A stretch of DNA of 64,000 bases from a virus. The translations under genes were made by a program, and so were the position numbers. Positions 29,971 through 39,835 of the stretch are shown piece by piece (the first letter of the stretch is position 1; each line of letters begins with the position of its first letter). The stretch is from IMG/VR virus record IMGVR_UViG_3300023296_000646, positions 30,981 through 94,980 of that record, one strand, 5' to 3'. The notes beneath the pieces were generated by a model. That model was not told where the DNA came from. It saw only the letters and a program-made list of their open reading frames with translations, and searched no databases.

Positions 29971-30918
29971 TTATCTAAAATCGTCCTGTCTAGTTGAATA
30001 AAACACATCATCAAGTAATTGCTCTAACCTATCTATGTCTATTCGTAATTTTTCAAGCTGACGTCGATTCATTTCTGCAAATATTGTGTCGAATGCATCA
30101 TGTATATCTGACATTACTGTAGATGACCGTATGATAGCAATTTCACTGACAAGTTGTCTAGTATTGCTAGTACTCATATCGGAAATTACAGTTCGAGCAA
30201 TACGTCTAATTTCATCAATAGGTCTGACTACAACAACATTGCCATCTCCATCTAGTTCAACACCACCATCACGTCCACCTCTATTGCCATCATCATCGCT
30301 ATTCAAACTTCCACCTAATCTAATTACTTCGCTTCTAAGCGCAGCGTTTTCAAAAGATAATTTTTTGTTTTCTATGCTCAACTGTTGAACTGCGTCATCT
30401 CTAGTAGTTGCTGCACGTTCTAGGGAACTATTGCACTCTCGTAGTACTTCTATTGCAGTTACTAGCTCTTCAAAATCATTAGTTAATGATTCTAATTCAG
30501 ATCTCAATTCGAATATGGTTCTATTTAGTTCTGATTGATCTGTGAGCTGTAACGTTAATCGTTCAATTTCTGCTTTTAATTTTTCAACTAAGATAGAAAG
30601 TGCATCCTTAGATTCTAATTCTACTGAACATAAAGTTCCAAATACATCGTCAGATAACACAAATGATCTGGCACCTCCAGTTAATTCTCCTATGGTAACA
30701 TCAATAGATTTTATCATTTGACCGTAATCTACTTGTGCTTGAGTAGATTCTAAACTAATAGTATTGATATTCAGTTGAGGCTGACCTTCACTGTCGGTTA
30801 AAATTACTTCGCCAGTAGGATCAAGCATATCATACTGTAGATCTACCGTTTCTCCAGTAGTCGGGTCTATATTAAAAGTTTGTATGCCTACGTTTTGTAT
30901 GTTTACAATTCTAGTCAA
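29971..30918 (-). CDS. Hypothetical coiled-coil protein
   Basis: ORF track; long heptad region. Confidence 0.5.
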   Translation of the reverse strand: MTRIVNIQNVGIQTFNIDPTTGETVDLQYDMLDPTGEVILTDSEGQPQLNINTISLESTQAQVDYGQMIKSIDVTIGELTGGARSFVLSDDVFGTLCSVELESKDALSILVEKLKAEIERLTLQLTDQSELNRTIFELRSELESLTNDFEELVTAIEVLRECNSSLERAATTRDDAVQQLSIENKKLSFENAALRSEVIRLGGSLNSDDDGNRGGRDGGVELDGDGNVVVVRPIDEIRRIARTVISDMSTSNTRQLVSEIAIIRSSTVMSDIHDAFDTIFAEMNRRQLEKLRIDIDRLEQLLDDVFYSTRQDDFR

Positions 30919-30920
30919 TG

Positions 30921-32012
30921 TTATCTCACAACCTTAAATACGTTATCTTCATCATAATAGTCTACTAGACTGTTACGCTCTATTTTAAGTACAACTCTGT
31001 AAACGCGCTCAGGCTGAAAGCCGCTAAACCACTGATCGAAATAGCTACCATTAGAATCTATACTTAATTTTGTGTTATCGCTAAATGGTATAATAACATC
31101 CTCTGTTACTGCATCCTGAATTGAATAGTAAGATGAAGTTGGTAAGAAATTGTTTATATCGTATTGACTACCAGTAGTAAATGTTTTTGAAGGATATCTT
31201 GCCCTTGAAAAATACCGTATACGAGCTTTAGAATTTCTCTTATACTCACTACGTAAATCTTTAAGGTATACTACTCTATCAGAATCTGTTGACTCTGATA
31301 GTGATCCTGTTGACACTGAAGAGTCATCCCATGCCACTTCTAATGTTGGTGGATAAATTGTGTTCGTGTCCATTGAAAAGAACGCCAATGTTCCATAATC
31401 TTGAATGTCAGTTTCAACTGCCTCAGTATGTTTAACTATAAAACCATGATTAGGAATACTTCCACTTAACCACTGTCTCATAATTACAGAAACATCCATT
31501 CTGATATTTGAAGATTCGTTTGAAAACGATTGGGATGCAGCAGATGATGTATACCAAGTTCCCCCACCAGATCCGTCAACAGATCCACTTGTATTTGCTG
31601 CTAATGATCCAGTTGCAGTAGTTGATCCTGATACCCACAGCGATGCAGAATCTGCAGAATTTTTGTAAAGCCAAGATGCTCCAGTAGTTGTTACTCCATC
31701 ATATTTAGTACCAACTCCCATTTGCCAGCTCTGAGATACTGGATATGCGTATAGTGTATATTCCAATGGAATTTGCTTAGCATCTGCTATTGTCATATTA
31801 AGATAATATGAAGCTCCTGCTGCAATTGTACCACTGACGATAGAATTTGAAATTGGAGTGATATCGAAACTAACTAAACCTCTAGCGTTTTCTCTAAGAG
31901 TACCATTATAAAAGCTTTTTTCCACTTCTATGATTTCATCAATACCCGTATTTTGGGTCGACTGCTGCATATAAAGGGTAGTGTCTTTATTTGGAAAAAT
32001 GAAATGATGCAT
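30921..32012 (-). CDS. Baseplate-associated protein with DNRLRE-like beta domain
   Basis: DTTLY...NTG...RGLVSFD...W..G...NHGFIVK...F.S......P.LEV.WDD pattern. Confidence 0.55.
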   Translation of the reverse strand: MHHFIFPNKDTTLYMQQSTQNTGIDEIIEVEKSFYNGTLRENARGLVSFDITPISNSIVSGTIAAGASYYLNMTIADAKQIPLEYTLYAYPVSQSWQMGVGTKYDGVTTTGASWLYKNSADSASLWVSGSTTATGSLAANTSGSVDGSGGGTWYTSSAASQSFSNESSNIRMDVSVIMRQWLSGSIPNHGFIVKHTEAVETDIQDYGTLAFFSMDTNTIYPPTLEVAWDDSSVSTGSLSESTDSDRVVYLKDLRSEYKRNSKARIRYFSRARYPSKTFTTGSQYDINNFLPTSSYYSIQDAVTEDVIIPFSDNTKLSIDSNGSYFDQWFSGFQPERVYRVVLKIERNSLVDYYDEDNVFKVVR

Positions 32013-33943
32013 TATAGTACTCTGCCTCTTATGTCTTTAGATGGATATTTCACCTCAAAAATACTGGGGTCTAAACTAGGATAGATTATTTTTCCAAGTT
32101 CTGTAGATCCGTCTACTGCCGAAGTGTTTCGTCTTGCTCTTTTGATATTATATGAGAAGTCTGAATATAAACCTCCTGATAAATTTCGTACAACTATGTT
32201 TTGAACTGATGAAACTCCCTTTACTGAAGCTAAATCTAATTCTAATTCTGAAAGATTTATTGGTTGGTTAAATGTCCAATTGTCTATATTAAAAAATTCT
32301 TTTGCCTTTTCTATCGCCCTCAATAATACTTCTTTTTTGTTTTCAGATCTAAATGCAGTAATCGAAAAATCAACTCCTATGTTAACTACAAATCCGTTTA
32401 TGAGATTTACACCATCAGTTACCATTCTGTATTCACTTAGATAGGTTTTTAAATTTTCCTTTACTGCGTCGTTTATGTTTACTAATTTTTTGTTTGCGTC
32501 GTATCCTAATGCATACATATTGATTGCAAATGGATTATGCTTTTCTTGCTCATCATTTACTGATACATCACCGTGTGCATCTTGTGAAACTACAACCTTA
32601 GCTATGCTACCAAATCTAGGTGGCATAGACAATGCTCTAATTTCGTAGTCGCGTTTAGTAACTGCTCTTTGTTGTGATGCAAAATATGCAATAGCATTAT
32701 TCCTAATATTTTCCAATGGTTCTTCATCTCTACCACCTGTTCCTGGAACTGTATTAGTCACAGATAAACTCTGTTTCAATTCAGATACCGTTATTGATTG
32801 TGCTGAGGTAAATGTTTCATCTTCAGTTTCAAATTCAATTTTGCGAATGCTAGTAAGATCATTAACAGATACGTTTGAAGATAGGCCACCACCTTCAACA
32901 TACTTAACAGTTAGTGTAGTATTTGCTGGAACTTGTCCATATGTTCTAGTTGAAAAGAAATTCTGAGGATCAATCGGATCAGATAATGATTTTGCATTAT
33001 TTCCAAGTCCAATATCCTTAGGAGAAGGAATTAATGTTTGATCTGCATCTGACGATACACCAGATCCAAATTGAATTTCTAGTTTATTTTCTTCAGTTAG
33101 TCTAGTAACAAATCTCCGTGGAGTTTTAAGCATTCTAAGAAGAAATGGCACAGAATCTTTATGAGAAGAAAGGGCTGTGTCGTATCTGTCAGTATTGGCG
33201 TAATCGATATACACAAAATCTTGGACTAGATACGGAACTTCATACCACGTATTATTATTAGAATCGGTAACAGATGATATTTCCACAACTTTAGTGCTGT
33301 CTATTGTTAATGTCTTAAATTCTTCTGCAGATCCAATTGTAAATGTGGTTGTTTTTTCAGCACCAGCTAAAGCATCTACTTGCTTTTCTAATAAATAAAA
33401 TATTGGTTCGCTAGAAACTGAATCTCTACTGTAAACACTTGTAGATGTTGGATCAAACGAACTACTAAACCCGAAATCAACTGGGATCTCAGTTCTAAAT
33501 CGCACAGTAGGATCTATAGCAGATTCTACTTCCATTCCAGATTTTACAGTTAATGTATATGAATAATCCGGTACATTATTAATACCAGTCCCAGTAGCAG
33601 GCACTAATTGATATACGTTTAATCTGGTTGTAGCAGGAGTAATAGGATGAATTTTATATCCAAAAAACTGTGCAAGATTTACAATATTTTTTCGTTCTTG
33701 CGCATATGGAAGAAGACTTTCCTTTAATGAGTCATCTATATAATATGAAAGAACATCACCCACAAACGAAGCCATTTCTATGATCATCATTCCAGGAGAT
33801 GATTCATTATAATCATTATACGTATCTGGAAAGTATGTCTTAGCATACTCAATCAAATTACGTCTAAATTGAGTGAAATCTTTAGATAGGTAATTTATCT
33901 CTTTATTTCTGTTATTATTTTGGTCAATGTTAACTAATGCCAT
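32012..33943 (-). CDS. Baseplate wedge subunit, T4 gp6 / baseplate J-like
   Basis: YLSKDF...YFPDTYNDYNESSPGMM..E....GDVLSYYID; GGRDEE...IR......FASQQRAVTKRDYE. Confidence 0.88.
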   Translation of the reverse strand: MALVNIDQNNNRNKEINYLSKDFTQFRRNLIEYAKTYFPDTYNDYNESSPGMMIIEMASFVGDVLSYYIDDSLKESLLPYAQERKNIVNLAQFFGYKIHPITPATTRLNVYQLVPATGTGINNVPDYSYTLTVKSGMEVESAIDPTVRFRTEIPVDFGFSSSFDPTSTSVYSRDSVSSEPIFYLLEKQVDALAGAEKTTTFTIGSAEEFKTLTIDSTKVVEISSVTDSNNNTWYEVPYLVQDFVYIDYANTDRYDTALSSHKDSVPFLLRMLKTPRRFVTRLTEENKLEIQFGSGVSSDADQTLIPSPKDIGLGNNAKSLSDPIDPQNFFSTRTYGQVPANTTLTVKYVEGGGLSSNVSVNDLTSIRKIEFETEDETFTSAQSITVSELKQSLSVTNTVPGTGGRDEEPLENIRNNAIAYFASQQRAVTKRDYEIRALSMPPRFGSIAKVVVSQDAHGDVSVNDEQEKHNPFAINMYALGYDANKKLVNINDAVKENLKTYLSEYRMVTDGVNLINGFVVNIGVDFSITAFRSENKKEVLLRAIEKAKEFFNIDNWTFNQPINLSELELDLASVKGVSSVQNIVVRNLSGGLYSDFSYNIKRARRNTSAVDGSTELGKIIYPSLDPSIFEVKYPSKDIRGRVL

Positions 33944-33954
33944 TACTTATCTCA

Positions 33955-34392
33955 TTATGCCTCTACTAAAAGTGTTAGATCAGAAGATCCCACAACGTTT
34001 GATACAGAATAATTTATGCTTATTCTCAAAGAATAAATATCTGGCTCTCCGCTTTCTTTCTGAATTGTAACTGAATGGATATTGACAAACGGCATCCACC
34101 TAGATATAGCTTCTCTAACCCTATCTTCTACGTCAGATTCTATGTCTACAGATTGTTGAGTAAACACTAAGTCGTATAATGTTGATCCGAATTCTGGATT
34201 CATTGGACGTTCACCAACCTTAGTTAATAATAGATTTATCAAATCAGTTCGTATTGCTGCATCTGTAGTAAATGATTGTCTAAAATACCCAGTTGATCCC
34301 TTAACAATTGGTAATGTAATACCAACTGCCTTAGATGGTGATTGATCTAATGGATCTGAAGATGACAATGATTGGGATACGATTAATGGCAT
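33955..34392 (-). CDS. Baseplate wedge / sheath initiator, gp25 (GpW)-like
   Basis: LINLLLTKVGERPMNPEFGSTLYDLVF...AISRWMP. Confidence 0.92.
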   Translation of the reverse strand: MPLIVSQSLSSSDPLDQSPSKAVGITLPIVKGSTGYFRQSFTTDAAIRTDLINLLLTKVGERPMNPEFGSTLYDLVFTQQSVDIESDVEDRVREAISRWMPFVNIHSVTIQKESGEPDIYSLRISINYSVSNVVGSSDLTLLVEA

Positions 34393-34398
34393 TTATTA

Positions 34399-34995
34399 TT
34401 ATTTTTTAGACATCATTCCTGAATAATCCTTTGTTAATGCGCTTGCTAGTGATTTCCCTGCTGATGAGTTTATATCTATTTGTTGACCTCCAGTACCTCT
34501 AGTTTGAACTGGTACTGCATTTCCTGCTCCACCTGCATGCATTGCTGCTGCTGAAAATGTTTGAGTATCTGACACTCCACCTGCTATTTCATTAAAGTCT
34601 CCACCTTGCCCATCATCATGCCCACCGTATTGTGAGTATTCACCGACAATTCCACCACGCATACTTGCTAATACTTCGTCTATTTTGCCCTTTCCTGTTT
34701 TCAGTGTGTGAGTCGGTACAGCTAATACAGGCTCTGCCTGCTGTTGAGGTTGTGATGACTGTACTCCAGAATTTCTAAAATCTTGAAGAACCTTAGCTGC
34801 ATCAGCAAACGCATCGACATTTTGTGATGTGTGATGTTCTTGTACATTAGATTTAGTAGCTATTGCTTCTAATAATGATCCATAATCTTCCTTAGAAAGT
34901 AAAATATGTTCTGCCAATATGGACTTTACCTGCTTTTTAACTTCCCGTTCGACCATTAATCGTATTTTTGTGATTAACTTTTGTGCATTTTTCAT
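34399..34995 (-). CDS. Hypothetical protein
   Basis: ORF track; late-type motif upstream; ALTKDYSGMM C-terminus. Confidence 0.55.
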   Translation of the reverse strand: MKNAQKLITKIRLMVEREVKKQVKSILAEHILLSKEDYGSLLEAIATKSNVQEHHTSQNVDAFADAAKVLQDFRNSGVQSSQPQQQAEPVLAVPTHTLKTGKGKIDEVLASMRGGIVGEYSQYGGHDDGQGGDFNEIAGGVSDTQTFSAAAMHAGGAGNAVPVQTRGTGGQQIDINSSAGKSLASALTKDYSGMMSKK

Positions 34996-35053
34996 TTTGC
35001 ATTTACCTCTATTAATATACTAGTAAATATCCACATAGTAGAATTGTGTCTGC

Positions 35054-35866
35054 TTATCTCAGTAGTGTTGTTCTAATTCTAGTAATGTTATCCTTGAAGC
35101 GATCTATTGCAGATTCACCTCCTTCGTATTGAAGCATAATAAACGGATCATCTTGAAATTCAGATGCGTCAGTTATGATTTCATCTAGTGTGTCTATGGC
35201 ATTTAATTTTTCAAATATGATATCGCATTCTGATTGTGTTGACGGAAGTCTGCTTGCGTTCAACTCTTCTAACTCTAATTGAATATCATCTAAAATTTTA
35301 TTGTAACCATCCTCATCAAATTCGAAGTATGGATCTGGATCTATTTCACCAAATTCCGTAACGTCATCTGCATAGGCTAGATTTTGAACTTCGTATAGCT
35401 CTTCTAGTTTAGCTGCACAAAACAAATTTATCAATGCTGCTCCTGAAGAAATTACTGCGGTTGTAGTTGCGACTCGTTTTAGTATATCTTGTGCCTTATA
35501 ATATAATGTTGCAAAGTCAGCAGCTGCAGGCGGTGAAAATCTAGTTGCAAATTTTGCAATTCGTAGAATCACTCTAATGATTATTGCCACTGTAGTTAAA
35601 ATTAATCCTAGCTTTACAATTTTTCTAGTTCGCTTCTCACACCAATATAAAGTTTTTCTTGCCTTTTCCCATTGACTTCTAAGTTTTTCCTGCTTTGCAG
35701 CTTCTGTATCATTTATTGGATCACCATGATCATCTAAAATAAGTTTAGTTAATAGTATTTGTGAAATAACAGCAGACACTTCCCATAGCGATCCCATGAT
35801 TCTACTCATAGCGGATCCTATTTTATTACCAACTCCTAGTGTTTTTAATTTAGATAGTCTACTCAT
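35054..35866 (-). CDS. Hypothetical protein with hydrophobic helices
   Basis: ORF track. Confidence 0.5.
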   Translation of the reverse strand: MSRLSKLKTLGVGNKIGSAMSRIMGSLWEVSAVISQILLTKLILDDHGDPINDTEAAKQEKLRSQWEKARKTLYWCEKRTRKIVKLGLILTTVAIIIRVILRIAKFATRFSPPAAADFATLYYKAQDILKRVATTTAVISSGAALINLFCAAKLEELYEVQNLAYADDVTEFGEIDPDPYFEFDEDGYNKILDDIQLELEELNASRLPSTQSECDIIFEKLNAIDTLDEIITDASEFQDDPFIMLQYEGGESAIDRFKDNITRIRTTLLR

Positions 35867-37167
35867 TATTTATTGGGTCCTATGAATACAGTGTTGCTCA
35901 ATAATGCTTGTTTGATATCTTCTGTAAGTACATATTGCTTGTTTACATTTTCTGAAAATGCATTTACCATATCTACTAATCCTGGGATGTTCAATTGACC
36001 ACCCCTCTCAGCAGAATCAAATAGACTAGAAAGAATTTTCATAAAATCTCTAAGATCTTTAAAAAATCCATCTAAATGAATTAGTGTATTTGTTCCTAAT
36101 AGCGCTGGTTGATCTATATTGTTTTCCTTTCCTAAATAGATATCTGACGAATTTATATATGTGTTGTTAGATTTTAATCTAAAGCTTGAATTTGGAGTTG
36201 ATAGGTCTATTCCTAAATTACTATCAACTGAAAATTTACTATCACTGAATATTCCAAATTGACCTTTAGAAAAGAATAGTGTTTCGTGTATGTTCGATGT
36301 AAATACTAATCTATCAGATGAAATCAATACTTGGTTACCATCTAACTCCCTAGGATATATAAACGAACTTGTTGTGCCACCCTTTACTGTAGTAAATTTT
36401 TCATATCCATTTCCATCAATTAAAACTTTTTTAGCCTTATCATAATAGACAGTTGGCTGAAGATTCACATTAGCAGGCCCGCTAGTAAGATAAATAGAAG
36501 AACCATCTCTATTGATATTTTCTTCAGAAATGACAATTGAATTTTTAGTTGTAGTACCTCTAATATCATTTGTTATTAGAATCGACGGAGAATACGAACT
36601 TATATTATCATCATTTGCCGAAGAATCTGTAAATCGAATTGCAGATCCAAATCTACTTTGAATTATAGTATCTCCTGAACTAGGAATTAATTGTCTACTC
36701 CCAATGCTTGGTAAAAACGAGTTAGAAGTATTATCATTAGAATTTCCAATACCTATTCCATCTCTAGTATTTAAATTCCTGTTACCATTGTAATTTATGT
36801 TGTTAAAATAATTCAATGGCCAATAGAACGGAACTGGAGAAGTTCCAAACTCTCCAACTACTACCATTTCATTTACTACTGGGAATTGCTTCACACTTGG
36901 GCTCATTGGATATGCAAGAATTGCATCATCATCGCCCCTATTTGTCATAGAATGAATTGGCTTGCATAGGACAGATCCAATAAGAGATAGATTTCCAGTT
37001 TTAGTTATTTCAGGATCATCTATTGAATCTATTACCCTAATAACTATCGCAGTATCCAATTCAAAAAAGTATGATGTCTTATCAACATCCCTGTTATGAT
37101 TTGTCTTTATAGCAGATTCTTGAGTATTCTTAAATCTGTGTAATGTTTTAGTATGACCTACACCCAT
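35866..37167 (-). CDS. Baseplate hub/spike, gp5-like
   Basis: OB-like N-terminus (QFPVVNEMVVV), GDTIIQSRFGSAIRF, QVLISSDRLVF beta repeats, QPALLG; context next to gp25. Confidence 0.6.
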   Translation of the reverse strand: MGVGHTKTLHRFKNTQESAIKTNHNRDVDKTSYFFELDTAIVIRVIDSIDDPEITKTGNLSLIGSVLCKPIHSMTNRGDDDAILAYPMSPSVKQFPVVNEMVVVGEFGTSPVPFYWPLNYFNNINYNGNRNLNTRDGIGIGNSNDNTSNSFLPSIGSRQLIPSSGDTIIQSRFGSAIRFTDSSANDDNISSYSPSILITNDIRGTTTKNSIVISEENINRDGSSIYLTSGPANVNLQPTVYYDKAKKVLIDGNGYEKFTTVKGGTTSSFIYPRELDGNQVLISSDRLVFTSNIHETLFFSKGQFGIFSDSKFSVDSNLGIDLSTPNSSFRLKSNNTYINSSDIYLGKENNIDQPALLGTNTLIHLDGFFKDLRDFMKILSSLFDSAERGGQLNIPGLVDMVNAFSENVNKQYVLTEDIKQALLSNTVFIGPNK

Positions 37168-37581
37168 TTATTCCTCAGTTGTAGTATCATCTTCAGTGAT
37201 TGGCTCTTCTAGCGTTTCCTTTTTAACGTCGTTTGCCCAATCCTTTGCTTCCTGTTTCAACTGTTCAATTGCACTATCACTTAGGAATCCGTCATCTCCA
37301 AGTTCTTTCATTTCCGCAATTGCTATTCTCTGATAGAGTGTTGCCAGCTTAATTAGATGATCATCGTTCCTAACAGCAGTTTCTAAATAATCCCTAATCA
37401 TTGGAAGAATCAGTTTAGAATCGTATTTGTTATCCTTTCCACCATCTTCCTTCCCAATCATATCTGTCATTTTAGAAATAATACCATCTATCGTTCTAGC
37501 TTTTCTAGTAGAATTCGAATAGATGTCGTTCATTAGACTATCAAATGACTTATTTCCAAATACCTTTTTTGATGTATCCAT
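37168..37581 (-). CDS. Hypothetical helical protein
   Basis: ORF track; late motif at 37610. Confidence 0.5.
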   Translation of the reverse strand: MDTSKKVFGNKSFDSLMNDIYSNSTRKARTIDGIISKMTDMIGKEDGGKDNKYDSKLILPMIRDYLETAVRNDDHLIKLATLYQRIAIAEMKELGDDGFLSDSAIEQLKQEAKDWANDVKKETLEEPITEDDTTTEE

Positions 37582-37627
37582 TTTGCTTTATACCATATTT
37601 CAGTTCTTCTATAAATATACTAGGCAT

Positions 37628-37662
37628 AAAAAAAGTGGGGTTTGATATGATTCAAACCCCAC
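37628..37662 (-). terminator. Rho-independent terminator after the sigma gene
   Basis: Minus strand GTGGGGTTTGA-ATCATA-TCAAACCCCAC-TTTTTTT. Confidence 0.85.
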
Positions 37663-37690
37663 AATTCATTACATCACTATCCTCTATCAC

Positions 37691-38692
37691 TCACCACTTG
37701 AAACTGCTACTCATATTAAATTCTCGTCCTACCTCTACAATATCTCCAGTATTTCGAAATTCAGTTAACATATCAAACTGGGTCTTTTTCATTATGTTTA
37801 CAACCCTAGTTATGTATTGAGTTTTACAATCTGCCATTTCTCTAATTAGCAAATACAGATGCTTTTTATTGAAGTTTTCAATGCTATCTGATCTCCTGAA
37901 CAATTCTAATATGGCATCTGCAATTTGTATGTCTCTCTTTTTTCTAAATACAGTAGTTAGATTTTTATCCCAAAAATCTAGCATTATACCTTTAAATTCT
38001 ACCCACTCAGAAACGTCTTCTCTTTCGAAAAAATTATCTTCAATTTCCCAATTTTCTGGCATAGTAGACATTAATGTAGATCTCTTATACCTTCTGTGAT
38101 TACTATTATTCAACTGCATAAGATAATGCTTAGCAACTACTGTGAAATACGAAAATGCCCTAGTTCCCTTTGATTCATCGTACTTATGAAGGTTCAATAA
38201 TAAGTTATGAAGAGCTTCTGTTTTAATATGATCAGGTGGAGCATCAAAATATGAAAGCTTATATTTGTTGTACATATTCTCCACTATTTTTTCAAGTGGA
38301 TATATAATATGATCGCTAAATATTTTATTTTTCCAGTACTCTATTTCGGTTGATCTGTGATCTGTATAGAGCAGAGTGGTGTATTCTAACTGAGCAGTTA
38401 GTCTTTTTATTTTGTGATTAAGATCACTTAGCTTGAGTTCCTTATCTTCTAGCTCCATTGTTATATTGGTAACTCTGTGTAACTCATCATATAACTTAGC
38501 CAAGGTCTCTACACATACATCAGATTTCCAAGACATTTTGTTATAGAGAACAATAGCATTTTCAGTCTCCTGCGTAAAATAAAATATTTTCTTTTTACGA
38601 CCACGATTTCTAGTAGCCGTCTTGGCCTTTTCTTCTAGAAATTCTTTTGCCTTAGTTACTATTTCGTACTGTACAACTTCACTTAAATTCAT
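37691..38692 (-). CDS. Late-transcription sigma factor, gp55-like
   Basis: YFTQETENAIVLYN...KIVENMYN...KYDESKGTRAFSYFTVVAKHYL (region-2 AFSYFT motif). Confidence 0.8.
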   Translation of the reverse strand: MNLSEVVQYEIVTKAKEFLEEKAKTATRNRGRKKKIFYFTQETENAIVLYNKMSWKSDVCVETLAKLYDELHRVTNITMELEDKELKLSDLNHKIKRLTAQLEYTTLLYTDHRSTEIEYWKNKIFSDHIIYPLEKIVENMYNKYKLSYFDAPPDHIKTEALHNLLLNLHKYDESKGTRAFSYFTVVAKHYLMQLNNSNHRRYKRSTLMSTMPENWEIEDNFFEREDVSEWVEFKGIMLDFWDKNLTTVFRKKRDIQIADAILELFRRSDSIENFNKKHLYLLIREMADCKTQYITRVVNIMKKTQFDMLTEFRNTGDIVEVGREFNMSSSFKW

Positions 38693-38943
38693 ATATTGTA
38701 TTCTATAGTTTGAAGATTTTCTGCTGCTGCTAATAATTCTTCAAAAATATCACCAACTTCATCGTCCGATTGAAACGCTCCACCTTCATCAATTTCTTGC
38801 ATTTCTGAAAGTGTGTTTTGTATCTTTAAAACGGTATCCTCTGCCCATTCTTCATACAAACCGCTTTTACGGTCTGCATTCCAATTGGCATATACTGAGA
38901 TAATCAGTAAGATAAAAGTCAATAAGAATAAGTAAAACCACAT
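38689..38943 (-). CDS. Small membrane protein
   Basis: N-terminal TM; GAFQSDDEVG. Confidence 0.6.
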   Translation of the reverse strand: MWFYLFLLTFILLIISVYANWNADRKSGLYEEWAEDTVLKIQNTLSEMQEIDEGGAFQSDDEVGDIFEELLAAAENLQTIEYNI

Positions 38944-38974
38944 ATTGTACGGTAAGTTAAAAAATAATTAATCG

Positions 38975-39336
38975 TGGAGATGCCGGGAGTCGAACCCGGG
39001 TGTTACATTGTTTCAATACAAAGTCGTTCACGTGTGTAGGTAATTTCTTTCCAATTTCCAAAGTCACATTGAATTTTGCGTTATGCAATGTTTAACGAAA
39101 CAAGTTTTTCAGTTCTACATATTTCTTAGAACATGGTTTGTAAAAGTCTTTGATTAAGACCCCAAGTTAGCTTACGCTAATACTTCTTCTACAGGAGTCC
39201 CAACGAGTGCCATGGCATCTTCGAAGGTAAAGTCAGAAAGTGATTCTGCATTTATTTGTTTTTTGATGTTTAAGACCTTTCTAGTCTACACGCACTTCAT
39301 ACCGCTCCAACATAGTCGAATACCAAGTACATCCCC
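38975..39336 (-). ncRNA. ssrA: tmRNA
   Basis: 5' GGGGATG...TTCGAC and 3' CCGGGTTCGACTCCCGG-CATCTCC-A; acceptor stem with G3:U wobble; ATAAAT-GCA resume context; tag ORF 39249-39172; late motif at 39346. Confidence 0.92.
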
Positions 39337-39363
39337 ATATTGTTATATAAATATACTCATAAC

Positions 39364-39495
39364 CTATTCTAAAGTTCCATTTGAGTATTCAAATTCATCA
39401 TAGTCCAACAATAGTTGAACAACTTCCCGTACCATAGCCCAGTTTTCTGAGTCTAAGGCTGTTTGTAATAATTCTGCCATTTCGCTTAATTTCAT
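39364..39495 (-). CDS. Small hypothetical protein (43 aa)
   Basis: Manual translation MKLSEMAELLQTALDSENWAMVREVVQLLLDYDEFEYSNGTLE fills the gap. Confidence 0.55.
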   Translation of the reverse strand: MKLSEMAELLQTALDSENWAMVREVVQLLLDYDEFEYSNGTLE

Positions 39496-39496
39496 A

Positions 39497-39835
39497 TTAA
39501 GATTCACCGATATCGGGTTTAGAAAGAAATCCTCTATACCCTTTGTGTTTTGCTTCTTTTACTTTGGTTAGTTCAGATTTTATATAGACTGCTGTTTCTT
39601 CAGTATCGCGTTCAATATCACTATGCTGCGCACCATTCAATCTATGTAAAAAATCTTCTCTATCCATTATCCCTTCTTCAAACAATAAGTATACAGTAAT
39701 TTCTAAATAATGGCGTAAAACACGAATTGATGCTCTAGAAGTTGCAGCCTCTACCATTAAATCATTATTTGACTTAACTAACTTATCAATTTGATCTTCT
39801 AATTTTTTTAGTCGCTCTTCGTCTGAATAATACAT
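39497..39835 (-). CDS. Hypothetical protein
   Basis: Likely start MYYSDEE overlapping the upstream stop (TAATG). Confidence 0.55.
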   Translation of the reverse strand: MYYSDEERLKKLEDQIDKLVKSNNDLMVEAATSRASIRVLRHYLEITVYLLFEEGIMDREDFLHRLNGAQHSDIERDTEETAVYIKSELTKVKEAKHKGYRGFLSKPDIGES

